IMG/VR virus record: IMGVR_UViG_3300044296_000112
Location: 1-41,781 of that record
DNA from: a virus
Lineage: Duplodnaviria; Caudoviricetes
Reading direction: 5' to 3' (one strand)
Length of the DNA: 41,781 nt
Under the pieces are notes generated by a model that saw only the letters and a program-made list of their open reading frames with translations, searched no databases and was not told the origin of the DNA. Shown here piece after piece: positions 25,209 to 35,054 of the stretch (position 1 is the first letter of the stretch; each line of letters starts with the position of its first letter). The position numbers and the translations under genes were made by a program.

Positions 25209-27210
25209 AGGATTCGGACGCACACTACCAGACGTACTACTCTTCCCCGCCACCGGGCCGCTTTCTGGATCGTTCCAGGAACTCACGCCACACGACCGCG
25301 AGGCGATCTGCCAAGAACACTGGCTGACGAACGAAATCTGCGACGCGGCCGGGCTTAAGCGCATCCCTGATTTCGAGGGGCGCCGCATCACTGGCTGGAG
25401 CAAGCGGAACTGCGCGGGGATCCTGATACCCTTTCCGACGCTTGACGGGTCGATTTCATCAGCGTTTCGAATCCGGCGCGACAACCCGGACAAGCGCGTC
25501 AACCTCAAAGGCGAGACCGTCATCGAGCGCAAGTATGCGCAACCTTACGGGCAGCGCAATCACATCTACTGGGCTCCTGGTACGACCGTTGAGGACATCC
25601 AGAATCCGGCGTTGCCGATCATCATCACCGAAGGCGAGTACAAGACGCTGGCGCTGTGGCGGCTGGCGAATCACGATACGAGCATTCCCCGGTTTCTACC
25701 GATCGGCCTTGGCGGAGTAGACGCCTGGATGGGTCGCGACGGTAAGCAGACGCTGCCAGGTGGCGATACCGCGGACACCAGCGGAATCATACCCGACATG
25801 CGGCGCATCGTCTGGGAGGACCGGCAAGTAGTCATCGCATACGACGCCGATCTGCAACGGAAGCCGACCGTCAAGGGCTCCCGCAAACGCCTCGCCGTCG
25901 AACTCCGCACCGCCGGCGCGGTAGTGGCGTATCTTGAATGGGACGAGCGCAACGGGAAGGGTGTCGACGACTGGCTGTCTGAGGTCGGCCCCGCTACGGC
26001 CTTGTCGGCCTACGAAGCGATCAACTGGGACTGCACGACGGGCTGGAAAGCGCTGCTCGATCGTCCAGAGTCGGGGGCACCTCGCGCGCATGTCTTGAAC
26101 GTTCTCACGGCGTTCCGCAATGCTTCTGAGTGGGATGGAGTCATCGGATACAACGATTTCACGGGCGAGGTGACCGTATGCGCGCCGCCGCCGTACTCGC
26201 CGCTACGGCATCGCCCGTGGCGCGACAGCGACGACATCAACACTGCCGCGTGGATGCAGGCGAACGGACTGAACGTCTCGCCGGCAGTGGTTGCGCAGGC
26301 GGTAATGTCGCATTGCGAGACAAACAGGTTTCATCCGATACGCGAGTACCTGCGAAACCTACAGTGGGACGGCGACGGCCGCATAGACACCTGGCTGACC
26401 GATTACCTGGGAGTGGAGCCATCGGAATACGTCTCGCAAGTCGGCCGGCGCTGGCTGATATCGGCAGTGGCGCGTGTCATGCAGCCGGGATGCAAAGCGG
26501 ATCACATGCTGCTGCTGGAGGGAGAACAGGGAATCGGGAAGTCGACGGTGCTGAAGCAGCTCGCATCCGAAGACTGGTTTACGGACCAGATGCCTGACAT
26601 CGATACGAAGGACGCGCAGCTTCAGACGATCGGCGCGTGGATCATTGAATGGGGCGAACTCGACGTGATGAATCGGTCCGAGACGAACGCCGTGAAGGCA
26701 TTCCTGTCGCGGACGACAGAGCGTTTCCGGCGCCCTTATGGGAAGAACGTCGAAGACTTCCCTCGCCAGTGCGTGTTTGCCGGCACGTCGAACAAGGACG
26801 AGCATTTCGAGGACGAAACCGGGAACCGCCGGTTCTGGCCGGTGCGATGCACGCGCGCGGACGCGGTCGGGATTGCGGCGATCCGTGATCAGATATGGGC
26901 TGAGGCGTTCGCGATGTACACGGACGGGCATCACTGGTGGCTCGAGTCCGATGCGGTGATCACCGCGGCGAAGGAGCAGCAGGCGGCGCGAGTGCGGATG
27001 GATCCTTGGCATGGGAAGATTGTGGAGGCGACGGCCGTAATGTCGGAGACAACATCCGAAGAGTTGCTCGAAAAGATGAACGTACCCATGGGGCAATGGA
27101 CTCAGGCTATGCGGCAGCGCATCGGAAAAACGCTTCGCGCGATAGGGTTTGAATGTAGGATTGTTAAGCGTTCAGGCGTCCCGTTGCGGCTTTACGTGCG
27201 TTCCAGGTAG
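25201..27210 (+). CDS. Primase-helicase (DUF3854-like TOPRIM + VirE/VapE-like SF3 helicase)
   Basis: IIITEGEYK, IAYDAD, KGVDD; HPIREYL, GEQGIGKST, R.PYG...PRQCVFAGTSN, TGNRRFWP. Confidence 0.9.
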   Translation: MAKGFGRTLPDVLLFPATGPLSGSFQELTPHDREAICQEHWLTNEICDAAGLKRIPDFEGRRITGWSKRNCAGILIPFPTLDGSISSAFRIRRDNPDKRVNLKGETVIERKYAQPYGQRNHIYWAPGTTVEDIQNPALPIIITEGEYKTLALWRLANHDTSIPRFLPIGLGGVDAWMGRDGKQTLPGGDTADTSGIIPDMRRIVWEDRQVVIAYDADLQRKPTVKGSRKRLAVELRTAGAVVAYLEWDERNGKGVDDWLSEVGPATALSAYEAINWDCTTGWKALLDRPESGAPRAHVLNVLTAFRNASEWDGVIGYNDFTGEVTVCAPPPYSPLRHRPWRDSDDINTAAWMQANGLNVSPAVVAQAVMSHCETNRFHPIREYLRNLQWDGDGRIDTWLTDYLGVEPSEYVSQVGRRWLISAVARVMQPGCKADHMLLLEGEQGIGKSTVLKQLASEDWFTDQMPDIDTKDAQLQTIGAWIIEWGELDVMNRSETNAVKAFLSRTTERFRRPYGKNVEDFPRQCVFAGTSNKDEHFEDETGNRRFWPVRCTRADAVGIAAIRDQIWAEAFAMYTDGHHWWLESDAVITAAKEQQAARVRMDPWHGKIVEATAVMSETTSEELLEKMNVPMGQWTQAMRQRIGKTLRAIGFECRIVKRSGVPLRLYVRSR

Positions 27211-27240
27211 TCAGAAGATTACAGATCGTTAACATTTATC

Positions 27241-27432
27241 ACCGGTTACGGGTTGAAAAAAACCACCCGTAACCGGTTAAGTCCTTTAGAATGTAGACGG
27301 TTACGGGTTACAGGTAAAATAGGTGAAAAAGTTCTATTAGACGGTAATAATCACACTTAACCGACGTATTAGAAGCCAATAGGAAAGAAGTGTAGAAGCC
27401 GTAACCGACCGTAACCCGTAACCGACCGACCA
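27241..27432. repeat. Putative replication origin: CGGTTAC/GTAACCG iterons in inverted arrays
   Basis: 13-bp IR 27241-53/27265-77; 14-bp IR 27298-311/27411-24; further GTAACCGACC copies; AT-rich non-coding gap after the primase-helicase. Confidence 0.7.
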
Positions 27433-27454
27433 GAAAATATTTTTCACATTTTCC

Positions 27455-27484
27455 TTGACACACCCGCCGGGGCTATTTCAAGAT
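27455..27484 (+). promoter_or_regulatory. Candidate late promoter
   Basis: TTGACA at 27455 after an AT tract; weak -10 (CAAGAT, 18-bp spacer). Confidence 0.4.
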
Positions 27485-27562
27485 AGATACCGAGAGAGCT
27501 TCCTAGGCAATCCCGGCGCCGGTGCGCTGAGCAGTACACACCGCAAGCCCATAGGGCATACC

Positions 27563-27853
27563 ATGAGCGAGGAGCCGCGTCTGGACACTCAACTGAAGCT
27601 CGTTAAACCGCGCATCGCCGCCTACAATGCGGATGGGACGCGGAAGATGATCGACCTAAAGACTGTCCGCTTCCTAAGGGAACTAGGCTCCATCGCTCGC
27701 ATGGTTCAGCGGCGCAAGGATCAAGCAGTGAGCCGGATCTACCTAAAGGCCGAACCGAACCAGATCGCAACGCGCATCACCGCGGCGCCCACGGTCACCC
27801 GCGTGCTGCCGATGACGTACACGCATACGTCGAGTTTGATGGCTGGGTATTGA
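27563..27853 (+). CDS. Hypothetical basic protein
   Basis: ATG 27563 in the track ORF; first gene of the packaging region. Confidence 0.55.
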   Translation: MSEEPRLDTQLKLVKPRIAAYNADGTRKMIDLKTVRFLRELGSIARMVQRRKDQAVSRIYLKAEPNQIATRITAAPTVTRVLPMTYTHTSSLMAGY

Positions 27854-27888
27854 TTTTCATGCTGGGTGCGTTCATCTCCTACTCCTGG

Positions 27889-27914
27889 CCGGGCGCTCCT
27901 CGCCCGGTAATTTT
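27889..27914 (+). terminator. Hairpin/terminator-like element before the HNH gene
   Basis: CCGGGCG-CTCCT-CGCCCGG then TAATTTT. Confidence 0.5.
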
Positions 27915-28280
27915 ATGCCAACCACCCCGCCCCGCTGGTGCGCACGATGCCAGCAGCCACACGCAGGCGTCTGCCCCGCAGCGCCGAGGCGAGTAGACAG
28001 CCGGCCAAACGCAACCGATCGTGGATACGACAGGCAATGGCAGAAGATCAGGGAGATTAAGCGAGCACGTGATCCGCTCTGCGAGTGGTGCCAGCATCGT
28101 GGCCTGGTAGTATTAGCCGATCTTATAGACCACTGCGTACCACTGGCAGCAGGTGGTACACATTCGGACGACAATCTGGTTTCAATGTGTCGTTCGTGTC
28201 ACGGGTTGAAGACTGAGCAGGATAAGCGCAAATACCCGCATGTGTATAAAAACACGACACATGTACCATGGTTTCGGTAG
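27915..28280 (+). CDS. Packaging-associated HNH endonuclease (HK97 gp74-like)
   Basis: RGYD..W, PLC..C, DH..PL..GG.H...NL...C..CH..KT; upstream of terminase. Confidence 0.92.
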   Translation: MPTTPPRWCARCQQPHAGVCPAAPRRVDSRPNATDRGYDRQWQKIREIKRARDPLCEWCQHRGLVVLADLIDHCVPLAAGGTHSDDNLVSMCRSCHGLKTEQDKRKYPHVYKNTTHVPWFR

Positions 28281-28287
28281 CGTGGCG

Positions 28288-28360
28288 GGTGGGGGTGTGT
28301 GAAATCCTTGGACGGTTGAGCGTTACACCGCCATCGCCCTTACGCGCGAGTTTTTTCCGA
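28288..28360. other. Probable cos site region
   Basis: Non-coding gap between HNH and terS with G run, GAAATC, ACCGCCATCGCCC and CGCGCG-T tract, the layout usual at 3'-cos sites; exact cut not determinable. Confidence 0.5.
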
Positions 28361-28377
28361 CTTTATAAGTTTGCCTT

Positions 28378-28788
28378 ATGGGACTACGAGGATTTCAGAC
28401 AAAACCAGACAGCCGGCGAGGCTCCATTGAAAATGGCGGCGTAATTCCAGAGCCGATTCAGGAAGACATCATCGCTCCGCCGTGGTGTAAAGGACAGGTG
28501 CTCCGCCAGTTCGACAAACTGGTGTCTGAAAACCGCGCTGCTGGCGTTGCGATACGCCAAGTGGATGCTGACCAATACGCCGAGCTCGCCGACGCCATGT
28601 TGGCCCGCCAGAAGGAAGAAGACGGACGCACGAAGCTCGCCTGGGGTCGACAAATCGATGAACTACGCGCCCAACTCAATATCGGTCCTCGCAACCGGCA
28701 GCGGGCTGGGATCAAGGACACAAAAAAGCCGTCGGCGCTATCTCCGACACTGGCGTTGATTGAACGTGCAAAACGGAACATGGTTTGA
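28378..28788 (+). CDS. terS: Terminase small subunit (P27-like)
   Basis: MGLRG..., PPW, VD...L, L.I.P..R pattern; position before TerL. Confidence 0.8.
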   Translation: MGLRGFQTKPDSRRGSIENGGVIPEPIQEDIIAPPWCKGQVLRQFDKLVSENRAAGVAIRQVDADQYAELADAMLARQKEEDGRTKLAWGRQIDELRAQLNIGPRNRQRAGIKDTKKPSALSPTLALIERAKRNMV

Positions 28789-30340
28789 TGCCGAAGCGGT
28801 TTCGGTCGCAGAAGGGTTCATTGCCACTCTAACGCTCACGAAATCTACTCGGAGCGGTGAGCCGGAGCCGTTTAAACTCCTGCCGCACAGCCGAAAGCTG
28901 ATCGCCAACATAGTTGGATGGAAACGGGAGGACGGACGCCGCCTCATCCGCAAGGTGTTTGCGACGATGGGCCGTAAACAGGCCAAGACACAAACGGCGG
29001 CGGCGCTGGTACTGGTTGAGTTTTTCCTCAACCCAGAGCCAAAGCAAGAGATTTACATGGCTGCGACTGACACCGATCAAGCAGCAATCTGTTTTGAAGC
29101 GGTCTACGACATGATCGTCGCTTCCCCTGACCTGGAAGCGCTCGTAGACATCACGCTGTCACAGCGAAAGATTCGCCACCGGGAAACCGGATCAATTATC
29201 CGGGTGCTGTCGTCTGATGGCAAACGTAAGCATGGCTACAACCCGTCAATGGTGGTGTTCGATGAACTCCACGCCTGGGGGCCAGCGCAAGCCGAGCTGT
29301 ACGCCGCGCTGACGACCGGTTCCAAGTCGAGAAAACAACCGCTGCGGGTGATTATAACGACCGCAGGCAGTGATCAGGAAACCATCTGCTATCGGGAGTA
29401 CGAATACGCAAAGCGCATCTTGGCCGGTGAGATCACCGATGAATCGTACTTTCCGCTGATCTACGAGGTCTCTAAAGACGCCGACTGGACAGACCAATCC
29501 TTGTGGCGCCAAGCGCTCCCGCTGCTCGATAGCGGACACCATTCACTGAAAGATTACGAAGAAGAATTCAATCAGGCCATGGCGCGGCCGGATCTGCAAA
29601 ACCAGTTCCGCCGGTTGTACCTGAATCAGTGGACAAGCTCCGAAACCCAATGGATTCCGATTCACGAATGGGACGGATGCGCCGCTGCTGAACCGATAGA
29701 TTGGCAAGAATTGCGCCGATACCCGTGTTATGGAGGGCTGGATTTAGCGGCCGTTCACGACCTCACGGCGTTTTCTCTGTGCTGGCCGGTTGGCAGTAAG
29801 GTTTACTACCGGACCTGGGCATTTCTTCCCAGTGAACGGCTGGCTGATCGGAGCAAGCGAGATGGAGTTCCATACGACAGATGGGCCAAGGATGGACATA
29901 TCCTACTTACACCGGGGACCACAACCGACTGGCGGTACGTGACCGCCAAAGTGAAGGAACTCGCTAAAGAGTACGACATCAGGGCGATAGCGTTTGACCG
30001 CTACGGCGCCCGCGACACCGTCCGGGAGTTGCAGGAAGCCGGGTTGGACGTAATCGACTTCGGGCAGGGTTATCAGTCGATGTCACCGGCCTGCCGGCGC
30101 TTCGAAAAGCTGATTTATGACCGTGCTTTACAGCACGAAGGTTCACCGCTCATCCGCTGGTGCGTTGACTGTACGCAGATCACGCAGGCACCGGGAGACC
30201 TTATCAAACCGGTCAAGCCAGAGCGGATGCGAAACAACAAACGAATCGACCCGGTTATTTCGATGACGATGGCAACCGGAATCGCAATTATCACGACGGA
30301 CGAACGGTCCATTTGGGAAACGAGAGGAAGGCCAATTTGA
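28760..30340 (+). CDS. terL: Terminase large subunit
   Basis: GRKQAKT Walker A, FDELH Walker B, ITTAG, FRRLYLNQW, GLDLA...DLTA, RIDP. Confidence 0.96.
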   Translation: MNVQNGTWFDAEAVSVAEGFIATLTLTKSTRSGEPEPFKLLPHSRKLIANIVGWKREDGRRLIRKVFATMGRKQAKTQTAAALVLVEFFLNPEPKQEIYMAATDTDQAAICFEAVYDMIVASPDLEALVDITLSQRKIRHRETGSIIRVLSSDGKRKHGYNPSMVVFDELHAWGPAQAELYAALTTGSKSRKQPLRVIITTAGSDQETICYREYEYAKRILAGEITDESYFPLIYEVSKDADWTDQSLWRQALPLLDSGHHSLKDYEEEFNQAMARPDLQNQFRRLYLNQWTSSETQWIPIHEWDGCAAAEPIDWQELRRYPCYGGLDLAAVHDLTAFSLCWPVGSKVYYRTWAFLPSERLADRSKRDGVPYDRWAKDGHILLTPGTTTDWRYVTAKVKELAKEYDIRAIAFDRYGARDTVRELQEAGLDVIDFGQGYQSMSPACRRFEKLIYDRALQHEGSPLIRWCVDCTQITQAPGDLIKPVKPERMRNNKRIDPVISMTMATGIAIITTDERSIWETRGRPI

Positions 30341-31572
30341 ACGCATTCGGCAAACTGCTGACGCGCCTTGGCGCCTCTCCTCCGCCTGAATCTGACTTTT
30401 GGTATAACCCCGTTTACCCGCAGTTTGGCAGCTATTTGGCGTCATTCGATAGCGCGGAGAGTGCTCTTCGAGTGTCTACGGTTAACGCTTGCGTGCGCTT
30501 GCGGTCAGAGACCATCGGTTCACTTCCGTGCATGGTATATGAGCGACAAGGCGAAGGCCGGCGCGTGGCGCGTGAGCATCCGCTTTATTCGGTGTTGCAC
30601 GACTCCCCGAACGACAACCTTTCTGCCTTTGAACTGTGGCAGATTTGCGAACAGCACCTTTGTACGGACGGCAATTTTTACGCGCGGATCGAAACAGACG
30701 GCCGTAACAACGTCACGGCGCTGTATCCGATCGATCCCACTAAAGTTCAGGTCCAGCGAGATGAGCAGACCGGCATTATCGTCTACCTCGTCACCGAAAC
30801 TCCGACGCTGGAGACTTTCACCGCTTCCCAAATCCTGCATATCCCCGGCATGGGATACGACGGAGTACGGAAGTTGAAGGGCATGTCTCCGATTGCCTAT
30901 ATGCGGCAGTCTCTGGAGCTGGCGGCGAGCGCCGAAGGATACGGCAGCAACTTCTTCAAGAACAACGCCACTCCTCCAGCGTACATATCCCATCCTAAAT
31001 CGCTTTCTCCGACTGCTAAGCAGGGAATTCTTGACTACATGATGGAGCATTTCGGAGGCGTCAAAAACTCCGGGAAGCTCGGGATTCTGGAAGAGGGAAT
31101 GGAAATAAAAACCGTTCCCATCAACCACACGGACATGCAGTATCTGGAACTGCGCCGGTTCCAGGTGGAAGACATCGCCCGGTGGTTTCGAGTTCCGCTT
31201 CATATGATCGGTGAACTTACCCGGTCAACAAACAACAACATCGAGCACCAGGGGCTTGAGTGGGCAACGAATACCATTCGTCCCGAGTGCGCCCGCATCG
31301 AACGACGGCTGAATATGCAGTTGCTCGGGCCGCGCGAGGCTGGCCGCATTTCCATCGAGTTCAATTTGGATGCGCTCATGCGTGGAGATTCAGCCGGCCG
31401 CGCTGCGTTCTATTCAGCTCTGCGTAATACCGGCGTGCTGAACGCAAACGAGATTCGCTCCAAAGAAAACCTCAACCCATATGCGGGCGGAGAAGTGTAC
31501 ATGGTCCAAGGTGCCATGATCCCGGTGGAGATGGCTGGACAGCAGCAGAAACAGGCACAGGTGACGCAATGA
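30337..31572 (+). CDS. HK97-family portal protein
   Basis: V.ACV...SETIGSLP, HPL..VL...PN, G.SPI, LEEG, IAR.FRVP.HMIG, NEIR..ENL.P. Confidence 0.96.
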   Translation: MNAFGKLLTRLGASPPPESDFWYNPVYPQFGSYLASFDSAESALRVSTVNACVRLRSETIGSLPCMVYERQGEGRRVAREHPLYSVLHDSPNDNLSAFELWQICEQHLCTDGNFYARIETDGRNNVTALYPIDPTKVQVQRDEQTGIIVYLVTETPTLETFTASQILHIPGMGYDGVRKLKGMSPIAYMRQSLELAASAEGYGSNFFKNNATPPAYISHPKSLSPTAKQGILDYMMEHFGGVKNSGKLGILEEGMEIKTVPINHTDMQYLELRRFQVEDIARWFRVPLHMIGELTRSTNNNIEHQGLEWATNTIRPECARIERRLNMQLLGPREAGRISIEFNLDALMRGDSAGRAAFYSALRNTGVLNANEIRSKENLNPYAGGEVYMVQGAMIPVEMAGQQQKQAQVTQ

Positions 31573-32228
31573 AAAAAGAACTCCTCGAAAGCATCCTTGC
31601 GGCTCCCGCTTATGTAGTCTGCTCCATGGAGCAAATGCCGCCGCCAGAAGCGCCGGCTGAAGACTTCATCCGCGATGCCGTTTTCTACAGCGGCGCAAAG
31701 GTTGAGCGCTACGACTGGTGGACCGGTGAAACCTACGACCTGTCTTTCAAGATGGGCGGGGCCGACCTGTCTGCGCTGAACGCTGAAGCGCCGGTTCTGA
31801 ACGGACACGAATCTTGTGAAGCCGAAGACGTTATTGGCGTGATTCAATCCGCCAAGCAAGACAAGCGCGGATACGTCGCCACGATGCGATTTTCAAACCG
31901 CGAAGAGGTTTGCGGAATCCGCCAAGACATCGCGGACGGGATTCTACGCAATGTGTCCATGGGTGTTCAGATTCAAACGCTTACGCTGGTGGAAGACAAC
32001 AAGAAAACCGGCCGGAAGCACTACATGGCCGAGGCGTGGAAGCCGTTTGAAATCTCCGTTGTTCCCATCGGGGCTGACCCCGGGGCCAAGTTTCTGAGCA
32101 AGGACACGCGCCTGGAACGGCTGCGATCCATCGACCTTTCTGCCACACCTGGCGCGGCCAGCAAAGCAGACGACAGCGCCGCACGCGCCGAGTACGAGTA
32201 TCTCCGTCTCCGCGCCGCTGCCCGCTGA
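31569..32228 (+). CDS. HK97-type prohead protease
   Basis: PVLNGH, IG, DG.LRNVSMG, W.PFEISVVPIGAD. Confidence 0.92.
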   Translation: MKKELLESILAAPAYVVCSMEQMPPPEAPAEDFIRDAVFYSGAKVERYDWWTGETYDLSFKMGGADLSALNAEAPVLNGHESCEAEDVIGVIQSAKQDKRGYVATMRFSNREEVCGIRQDIADGILRNVSMGVQIQTLTLVEDNKKTGRKHYMAEAWKPFEISVVPIGADPGAKFLSKDTRLERLRSIDLSATPGAASKADDSAARAEYEYLRLRAAAR

Positions 32229-32285
32229 ATATCAACAACACCCGCGCCCGGGAGTTTTCCGACGTTCGAGCGCGAAGGAGAAACC

Positions 32286-33542
32286 ATGAAGAAAAAGCAA
32301 CTGCTGGAACAGCTTGCCGCGCTCAAATTGAAGCGTGACGCCCTGCTGGCCGTCACGGAGCCGGAAAACATCACCGAACACCTCGCCGCGGCGAAGGCCG
32401 CGGACGCCGAAGTTGTTGCGGTTCAGGAACAGCTCGACGCGCTGGAAAAACTGGAAGCGATGGCGAAGGCCAACGCCACGCGCGAGCCGGCTACCGTCCA
32501 CAACAACGCCGAAGACCGCCCGTTCAAGTCGAGCGCCGATTTCTTCAGCGCTGTGATTGGCGCTGGCAAAGCCGCGCTGAATGGCGGTCCGATTGACCCC
32601 CGCCTGCAGAAGTTGGCCAGCGGCGCCAACGAGTCGATCGACTCGGAAGGTGGGTTCTTGGTCGATGTCGACACTTCCAACGAACTAATGCAGCGGGCCT
32701 ACACTGTCGGAACGCTGGCCTCTAAGTGCCGCCAGATTCCGATTTCCGCTGGCGCGAATGGCACCAAGATCAACGGTGTTGACGAAACCAGCCGCGCGAA
32801 CGGCTCCCGCTACGGCGGCATCCAGTCATACTGGGCCTCGGAAGCTGCCACGGTGACCGCCACGCAGCCGAAGTTCCGCCGGATCGAACTGTACCTCAAG
32901 AAGCTGTTCGCCCTGGCCTACGCCACTGAAGAGCAGTTGGCGGACGGTCCGCAGTTGCAGGCGTTCATCAATGACAACGTTCCGCAGGAAATTGCGTTCA
33001 AGCTCGATGACGCGATCCTGAACGGTACCGGCGCCGGCCAGCCGCTCGGCATTCTCACCTCCGCTGCCTACGTTTCGCAGGCCGCGGAAGCCGCACAGAC
33101 CGCTACCACGCTCAACGCCGCCAATATCTCCAAGATGTTCGGCCGAATGTGGGCCGGATCGATGCCGAAGGCCGAATGGTTTATGAACCAGGACGTCTGG
33201 CAGCAGCTCCCGCAGATGACCTTGGCCAATATGCCGATCTACGCGCCGAACTTCACCGTATCTCCGTATGGAACGCTGTTCGGCAAGCCCATCAACATCA
33301 TCGAACAGGCCGCTACTCTTGGAACGCTCGGTGACGTGTCGCTGATGGACCTGTCGCAGTACGCTTTGGCCACGAAGGGCGGCGTGAAGCAGGCTGTGTC
33401 GATGCACGTGCGATTCCTGTACGACGAGCAGGTGTTCAAGTTCACCATGCGCGTCGACGGTCAGCCGATGTGGAATGCGCCGCTGACTCCGTTCAAAGGA
33501 AGCGCCACGCAGTCTCCGTTCATCTTCCTGGCCGCGCGCTAG
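32286..33542 (+). CDS. HK97-fold major capsid protein with N-terminal delta (scaffold) domain
   Basis: Coiled-coil N-term, EGGFLV, D.AILNGTG.GQPLGI, LFGKPI, RVDGQP. Confidence 0.96.
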   Translation: MKKKQLLEQLAALKLKRDALLAVTEPENITEHLAAAKAADAEVVAVQEQLDALEKLEAMAKANATREPATVHNNAEDRPFKSSADFFSAVIGAGKAALNGGPIDPRLQKLASGANESIDSEGGFLVDVDTSNELMQRAYTVGTLASKCRQIPISAGANGTKINGVDETSRANGSRYGGIQSYWASEAATVTATQPKFRRIELYLKKLFALAYATEEQLADGPQLQAFINDNVPQEIAFKLDDAILNGTGAGQPLGILTSAAYVSQAAEAAQTATTLNAANISKMFGRMWAGSMPKAEWFMNQDVWQQLPQMTLANMPIYAPNFTVSPYGTLFGKPINIIEQAATLGTLGDVSLMDLSQYALATKGGVKQAVSMHVRFLYDEQVFKFTMRVDGQPMWNAPLTPFKGSATQSPFIFLAAR

Positions 33543-33563
33543 TAATCGGCAATTGAACAATTC

Positions 33564-33583
33564 GGGGCGGCGAGGGTCGCCCC
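33564..33583 (+). terminator. Intergenic hairpin after MCP
   Basis: GGGGCGGC-GAGG-GTCGCCCC, no U tract. Confidence 0.4.
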
Positions 33584-33595
33584 ACTGGAGCAAAT

Positions 33596-34078
33596 ATGGC
33601 TTTTCTTACCGTTCCCGAAAAATACAAAATGGTTGCCGCGTTGAATCCGGCCACCGACGCCGCCGGCCGAACCGGCGCGTATGTCTCTCTCAAAAACGTC
33701 AACCTCGCGTTTGTTGTCGTCCACATTACGCAGGGAAACGCGGCCACTATCGCGCTGACCATCGAGCAAGCCACGGCCGTCGCCGGCACGAGTTCCAAGG
33801 CGATTACCGTATCGGTTCCGATCTGGTCAAACCTCGACGTGTCCGCCAGCGATGCCTTGGTTCGGCGCACGGACGCTGTGTCGTACACCACGGACGCCGG
33901 TGTCAAGAACAAGATCGTCGTCTTCCAGATCGATCCGGCCACGTTGGACATCGCCAACGGCTTCGACTGCATCGTCGTCAAGACGGGCGCATCGAACGTC
34001 GCCAACATCACCCAGGCCGTGTATCTGCTCGATGAGCGCTACCAGCAGGCCACTCCGCCCACCGCGATCGCTGACTAG
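33596..34078 (+). CDS. Probable capsid decoration/cement protein
   Basis: GGAG RBS; beta-rich 160 aa directly after MCP. Confidence 0.6.
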   Translation: MAFLTVPEKYKMVAALNPATDAAGRTGAYVSLKNVNLAFVVVHITQGNAATIALTIEQATAVAGTSSKAITVSVPIWSNLDVSASDALVRRTDAVSYTTDAGVKNKIVVFQIDPATLDIANGFDCIVVKTGASNVANITQAVYLLDERYQQATPPTAIAD

Positions 34079-34086
34079 TTGGTAAA

Positions 34087-34112
34087 GGGGGCGGAACCAC
34101 CGCCCCCACTTT
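34087..34112 (+). terminator. Terminator-like hairpin after head genes
   Basis: GGGGGCGG-AACCA-CCGCCCCC-ACTTT. Confidence 0.55.
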
Positions 34113-34119
34113 CATTCAC

Positions 34120-34710
34120 ATGAACCTCTCTCGCCAACTTGTAACCGGTCCCACCGAGTACATCATCACGGATGCGGAAATGGAACTCCACGCAAAGGCG
34201 CTCGGCGAATCCACCGAGGATTACGCGCTGTATGTGCGTGCTGCTGAAGAGTGGGCCGAGACGATTACGGCGCGCAAGTTTCTGACGCAAACCTGGAAGC
34301 TGTTTCTTGATAACTGGCCTTGCTCGGACAGGATTCCTATTCCGTTCGGCCAACTCCAGTCCGTTGCATCAATCAAGTACACCCCTTCCAGCGGTGCGCA
34401 GGTAACTTTCGCGTCTACCAATTGGGAAATATCTACGAGCCGTGAGCCTGGGCTGGTATCGCTTTCGTACCAGAAAATATGGCCAATCACTCCGCTCAAG
34501 GTACTCGACCCCATCGAGATCGAGTTTACGTGTGGATGGTTGACGCCAGCCGACGTTCCGAAGCAGATCAAAAACGCCGTTTTGCTGGTCGCCGGCCACC
34601 TGTACGAACACCGTGAAGAGGTGATGGTAGGTGATTCGGCGTCGATCAATTCAAAGCTGCTGGAGATGGGCGCCGGAGCGTTGCTGGTGAACTGGCGGTT
34701 GCACGTATGA
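34120..34710 (+). CDS. Head-tail connector (gp6/phiE125 gp8-like)
   Basis: AEE.AE..T.R..LTQTW, VP..IK.AVLL..GHLYEHRE. Confidence 0.9.
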   Translation: MNLSRQLVTGPTEYIITDAEMELHAKALGESTEDYALYVRAAEEWAETITARKFLTQTWKLFLDNWPCSDRIPIPFGQLQSVASIKYTPSSGAQVTFASTNWEISTSREPGLVSLSYQKIWPITPLKVLDPIEIEFTCGWLTPADVPKQIKNAVLLVAGHLYEHREEVMVGDSASINSKLLEMGAGALLVNWRLHV

Positions 34711-35054
34711 GCGTCCGCGCCGGCAAGCTACGCCACCGTGTAGAGATCCAGCAGGCCGCTATTGAAGTTGATGCAAACGGCGACCGAACGGAAACCTGGT
34801 CGATGTTCACCGAGTTGTACGCCTCCATTGAAACCGGAAATGGTCGTGAATACTACGCTGCAAAGCAAACCATCTCCGACATTTCGCACACCTTGCGGAT
34901 GCGGTTTCGTCCTGGAATCAAGCCTGAAATGCGCGTCAAGTACATCGACAAGAAGAACGGCAATCGAGAACGGTACTTCAACATTCGCGCCGTGAACGTT
35001 AACGAAGAGTGGGCCGACGACATGCTTCTGCAATGCACGGAAAAGACGTTCTGA
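34707..35054 (+). CDS. Head closure/stopper (SPP1 gp16-like)
   Basis: AGKLRHRVEIQ, G.EY..A, RF..GI..EMRV. Confidence 0.9.
   Translation: MSVRAGKLRHRVEIQQAAIEVDANGDRTETWSMFTELYASIETGNGREYYAAKQTISDISHTLRMRFRPGIKPEMRVKYIDKKNGNRERYFNIRAVNVNEEWADDMLLQCTEKTF

Noticed and set aside
27241-27432. CRISPR-like array
   Set aside because: Repeats are short, inverted and irregularly spaced; no spacer periodicity or cas genes
28960-28995. Non-canonical TerL Walker A (GRKQAKT)
   Set aside because: Ala for Gly at this position is a common variant in this terminase group; all other motifs are intact
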